A DNA stretch of 64,000 nt from Pseudovirgaria hyperparasitica. Taxonomy: Eukaryota. The stretch is from assembly GCA_010093815.1 (NCBI GenBank), contig ML996576.1; one strand, given 5' to 3'. The number at the start of each line of letters is the position of its first letter. Position 1 is the first letter of the stretch. This document shows positions 60,035 through 64,000 of this stretch, piece after piece. Made by a program: the position numbers and the translations under genes. A model generated the notes under the pieces. It was not told where the DNA came from and did no database searches. It saw only the letters and a list, made by a program, of their open reading frames with translations.

Positions 60035-60448
60035 TTCTGGTACGTCAATCAATGTCAAAGGAACAATGAGTGAATCAATTGAGTTGTGATGTTGAACTTA
60101 GTCTATTGCTTTGCTTATCTGGTCGATGTTTAGGATTCTGCCACAAATTTATATCAATAGTGGCGCGCTGAATTCCGCACGCGAGTCATACTACATCTTG
60201 GCAGCTGCAACTCCAGTCAGTATCATCCGTTCAACTAACCAACAAAAACTGCTGTGGCTTCAACGCCTTGTGTCATCTACATTCTGGCTTTTTGATCAGT
60301 CGATTTTATTTCCGCTCTCTCAAAGGTGTGTGATCCAGCCACCCAATCACTGATGGAAAACTGAAGACGCGGTGATAAAATCGAGGCACCGCCGAACCCA
60401 TACCATTTTCTGCGTCGTGAGGTCTCGGCAGAAGCTGAGGAATCGAAT

Positions 60449-62367
60449 ATGACTACCTCATCAGCAGCATTATTCTTATCAATCCATGCATCGAATGCGC
60501 TCATCGGAACTCTCTTCTTTCCCCTGATATCAGCTGCATTCCTCTCCCCGTTCGTTCTTGTGGCTCTGACATATGGACCGCTTCATCTCGATGTTTCGTA
60601 CTACATCACTGCTCTGAAAACTGTCGCGCTACAAGTTATAGTGGCCTCGCTGGCCTCCATTATAGCCACGAGAGCCTTATCGTCTTACTTGTTCAGTACC
60701 ACGAAAAATAATTCCGGGAAAATTCGCACAGTGCCGACTCGGCCTTACTGGATCCCGGCGTTACAGCATATCGTCCCAGCAGTATTTGGCGGTTCAGCAT
60801 GGTGGAAGATGATACGAGACAAGTGCTCGCAACCTATTCTAGCACTTTCATTTGGTGGAGCTAAGCACAACTTTGTTGTGTCTCCGCATCTAGCACAGGA
60901 GGTTGAGAAAGCCGGGCCATCAGCCTTAGATTCCACATTGGTCCGTAGGACTTTGTTGACCAATGCTTTTGGGTTGACCTCTCATTATGAAGATATTGAT
61001 CATTTACAATTTGAATTTAACGTGCAGCTGAGGACCAGTGACTTTTTTGAACACTTCATAAAGAAACTGGAGCAAGACTTACCAAATCTTGTCTCTTTCA
61101 TGCCAACCGTTATCGACCAGATGCCGTGGGAACGAACAGCAGGGGTGGATGTCGAGGAAGAAGATGGTTCCAATGGAACAGCAAAGACATCCTTGTCGTA
61201 AGTCGGTACCCGAAGATGCGATCTGTATTCTGATATATATCTAGGTCCATTGTGCGGGAATTTCTTGGTTATGCCATCACATCGGCTCTGCTAGGTTCAT
61301 CGTTTGTCAACAACTACTCGAATCTTGCGAAAGACCTTGAAACGCTAAACTCATCAATCTTCAGTCTTGGAGCTGGCTTACCAAGATGGTTTCCCACCCC
61401 AGGGATCGTCACCGCATACGCTGTGCGGAGGAGGTTGTTGACACATCTCACAGCCTTCCATAATGCTCTCGATCTGTCACTTATGGGGGAGAGTGTGATA
61501 CAGACATATGGAGACCTCAGCGATGTTAGCTCTCTCTTCCTCGACCTCGCCAAAAACGCAAAGCAACGTGGAATGTGTCCAGAGGACCGTGCCAAGACTA
61601 CTTTGGCACTTCTATGGCGTCTCAACTCCTGTATAATCCCGCAATCTTTTTGGCTATTGTTCCACCTTTTGAACGATGCCAATTGTGCATTCGACGCCGA
61701 GTCGTCCATGATGCTCCAACTCCGAACGGAAATTAAGCCTCACGTTAGAGCAGTTCAACCTGCTATGACCTTGGGAATATCTGAACCTCCCTACCTGGAA
61801 TTATCATCATCGACGCTTCTCGCGGACTCTCGCGTGGCACAAGCTTGCCTTCTCGAAACATTGCGTGTCAATTACAGTTCGTGGCGCATGTCGATATTGA
61901 AAGAAGATATCGATGTCTCCGAAGTGACAGTTGCATCATCTGAACAGTCAGCAGAAACAGTCGTATGGCGCTTGCGGAAAGGTGAATGGGTTCATCTGGC
62001 CGGTGCGTTATACTACTCCTCTCCGCAGTACTTCTTGAACCCCGGAGCATGGCAGCCAGGCCAGCATCACGTTCAAGAGCCAAAAACGGAAGACGATGAG
62101 CCCCAAAGTACTGTACAGGGTGTGAAGATATCCCCTGTCAGATGGAGTGCGATGGGCGGACCATCGTGGGGTCACGGCTCCGATGGCAAAGCCCTAGCAG
62201 AGATATCTGTGGCATTTGTTGCTGGTGTAATCGCCTTGTGGGACGCGGAGTTGATGGATAAGAGCGCGGCTGATGTGAAGCCTTCAATGAGCCCAGGTGC
62301 GTGGAGCGCACCGGGGGTAGACTTCAGGGTGAGACTTCGCAGAAGAGTCCTGCCCACGGCGCCCTAG
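60449..62367 (+). CDS. Cytochrome P450-fold protein (CYP7/CYP8-like fungal group) lacking the heme-ligand Cys, 2 exons
   Basis: N-terminal membrane anchor and PTRPYWIP hinge, LPNLVSF..VIDQMPWER, I-helix LLWRLNSCIIPQSFWLL, K-helix ETLR, YFLNPGAWQP meander, terminal FRVRLRRR; intron 61198-61244. No FxxGxxxCxG motif. Confidence 0.8.
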
Positions 62368-62887
62368 CGAAACTTGTAAGCAAATATGAGATCATAACTT
62401 CGCTATTGCGTACTTTCGCTGGCAACAGATGCGCACCACAACTTAGGCTCTCAAAACTCGATGGATAGAGGAAGTGTTGCTGGCAGAGAGAAATGACCTT
62501 GGCACCCTTTTCTCGACCTGCGCAGTCTACCTACTCAGACATCACGACGTCTTGGGAGACCACATCTTCAACCCCCCAGCATCATAGAGATGAATCAGGG
62601 TTTTGAAAATGGAAGGATTGCGACGGCGGTGCCTGCATTGTTAATAATTATGTAGGTAGTGGGTAGGTATTGTCGTTTGGTGTGGAAGTGATTGATTCTT
62701 CTCTAGTTTCTATAGCTATGAACATGCCGTCTGAGGGGAAAGAGCCAGCAGCCCGCGACTCATACTCGCCTACAGAAATTGACTGTGCTACAAATCTTCA
62801 AGATCTATCTGAGAATTCCATGATTTGCACGGATGACTATCGCATCTACAACCACGGAATGATAGCCTTAGGTTCCACTTTTAATGC

Positions 62888-62934
62888 TCAGAGCGCAACC
62901 ATCAATAGGAACGTTCAGAGCGCAACCATCAATA
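62888..62934. repeat. 20-bp direct repeat (27 bp period) just upstream of the last ORF
   Basis: tcagagcgcaaccatcaata at 62888 and 62915. Confidence 0.9.
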
Positions 62935-62947
62935 TAAATAAAGCACG

Positions 62948-63895
62948 ATGGCCATCTCGAAGAGAAGAAAAAAGAGAAACTCTGCCACTTTTCGGAATTT
63001 GAAACCAAAACACACTCGTCACCGAAAACTTCACCGCAAGACTATTGTCAAAGCTACAATGGCACCTCCACCAATGGGAACCAACATCACCCTGACGGGT
63101 CTGCAAGAGTACATTACCTCTTTACGCCCTGTCCATACTCAGACACCCAATACACACTCTAGTCTCAGGATGAGGCCCGACTCCCCGACTTTGGCTCACT
63201 TGCCCAGGACTATACCTACAACCCCAGATGCAGGATCGCTGGCGCCATTTGAGTCTAGAAGCAAAAAGCTGGAAAAGTGGTGGGCATTTGCGTCTGAGTC
63301 TCGCCAGGCAAACACGAACTACAAGCCTCTTCCTTCTGCACACAAACGTAGCACTATGAGCCTGCCACCAACACCGTCGACTCCCATCAGCAGAGTTCCT
63401 AGAGCTATGAACACTATGCCCAGATACGACAAGACCGCAAAGGGTCGCAAGGGCCTCCCTCAAACCGCTAAGAAGTCAGCGAACGAAAGCCCAATTCCAC
63501 ATTTCGCCCGTGGAGCAGGCACGAAAAGGAGATCCGACGCTCGAAAAGACTCAGGACACAGTGCATCACAGAAGTCAACCAGTGGCGAAACTGACAGGCG
63601 AAAGAGATCGATACCGCATCTTCAGCAAAAAAAGACGTTCAATCTATGTGTGTATTGCCAAACAGCGGCGTGTCTTGTTTCGCAAACTCCCTCCGGTCTC
63701 GCACGAACTGCCACTCAGGAACAGGGAACAAATATGGATATACCTTCTACTCACTGGAATGCGTATGATGAGGATGAAAGACTTGATATTTACACTGGGC
63801 ATAATGCCCTTGTGGATGATGGTCTCAGGCAGCAATACAGTGAAGCAGACCTGTTCTACGGCAGTGCAGAAGATGAGGACGATAATAGCAATTGA
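62948..63895 (+). CDS. Hypothetical basic, low-complexity protein
   Basis: 315 aa ATG-initiated ORF with a K/R-rich N-terminus, Ser/Pro/Thr-rich middle and acidic end; no family recognised. Confidence 0.5.
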   Translation: MAISKRRKKRNSATFRNLKPKHTRHRKLHRKTIVKATMAPPPMGTNITLTGLQEYITSLRPVHTQTPNTHSSLRMRPDSPTLAHLPRTIPTTPDAGSLAPFESRSKKLEKWWAFASESRQANTNYKPLPSAHKRSTMSLPPTPSTPISRVPRAMNTMPRYDKTAKGRKGLPQTAKKSANESPIPHFARGAGTKRRSDARKDSGHSASQKSTSGETDRRKRSIPHLQQKKTFNLCVYCQTAACLVSQTPSGLARTATQEQGTNMDIPSTHWNAYDEDERLDIYTGHNALVDDGLRQQYSEADLFYGSAEDEDDNSN

Positions 63896-64000
63896 TGATG
63901 TGTGGTGTGTTGCGTATCTTATCGGGTTCGAAGACAGGTCTGTTCATTTATCCATCGATACTTAAACAATTGATTTTCTGATCACTACCTGCATCTAATA

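Overview
Eukaryotic DNA from a filamentous ascomycete, inferred from short GT-AG introns with CTRAC/CTAAY branch points, fungal gene families and RIP mutation. Two gene-dense housekeeping blocks flank a central ~31 kb zone. The left block (1-8.6 kb) holds a membrane protein, CaMKK, BET5, a hypothetical gene and LTV1. The right block (40-64 kb) holds an F-box-like protein, CRD1, RIX1, YPP1-like, a Zn2Cys6-like protein, a PhyH dioxygenase, RPL33, G6PD, FAP7, HAM1, a P450-like protein and a hypothetical gene. The central zone contains only one recognisable host gene, a Gti1/Pac2 (WOPR; Wor1/Ryp1/Sge1-type) transcription factor. A complete 7.6 kb RIP-destroyed Tad1-like LINE, with an 18-bp target-site duplication and a (CAAC)n tail, sits 1.65 kb upstream of that gene. 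Downstream of it is an unexplained ~3 kb composite. It includes an array of seven 32-33 bp repeats separated by 29-64 bp variable spacers (CRISPR-like layout, no cas genes), next to a RIP-like degraded ORF and minisatellites. The P450-like gene is intact but lacks the heme-binding cysteine. All calls come from reading the sequence by eye; no database searches were run and some exon boundaries are approximate.
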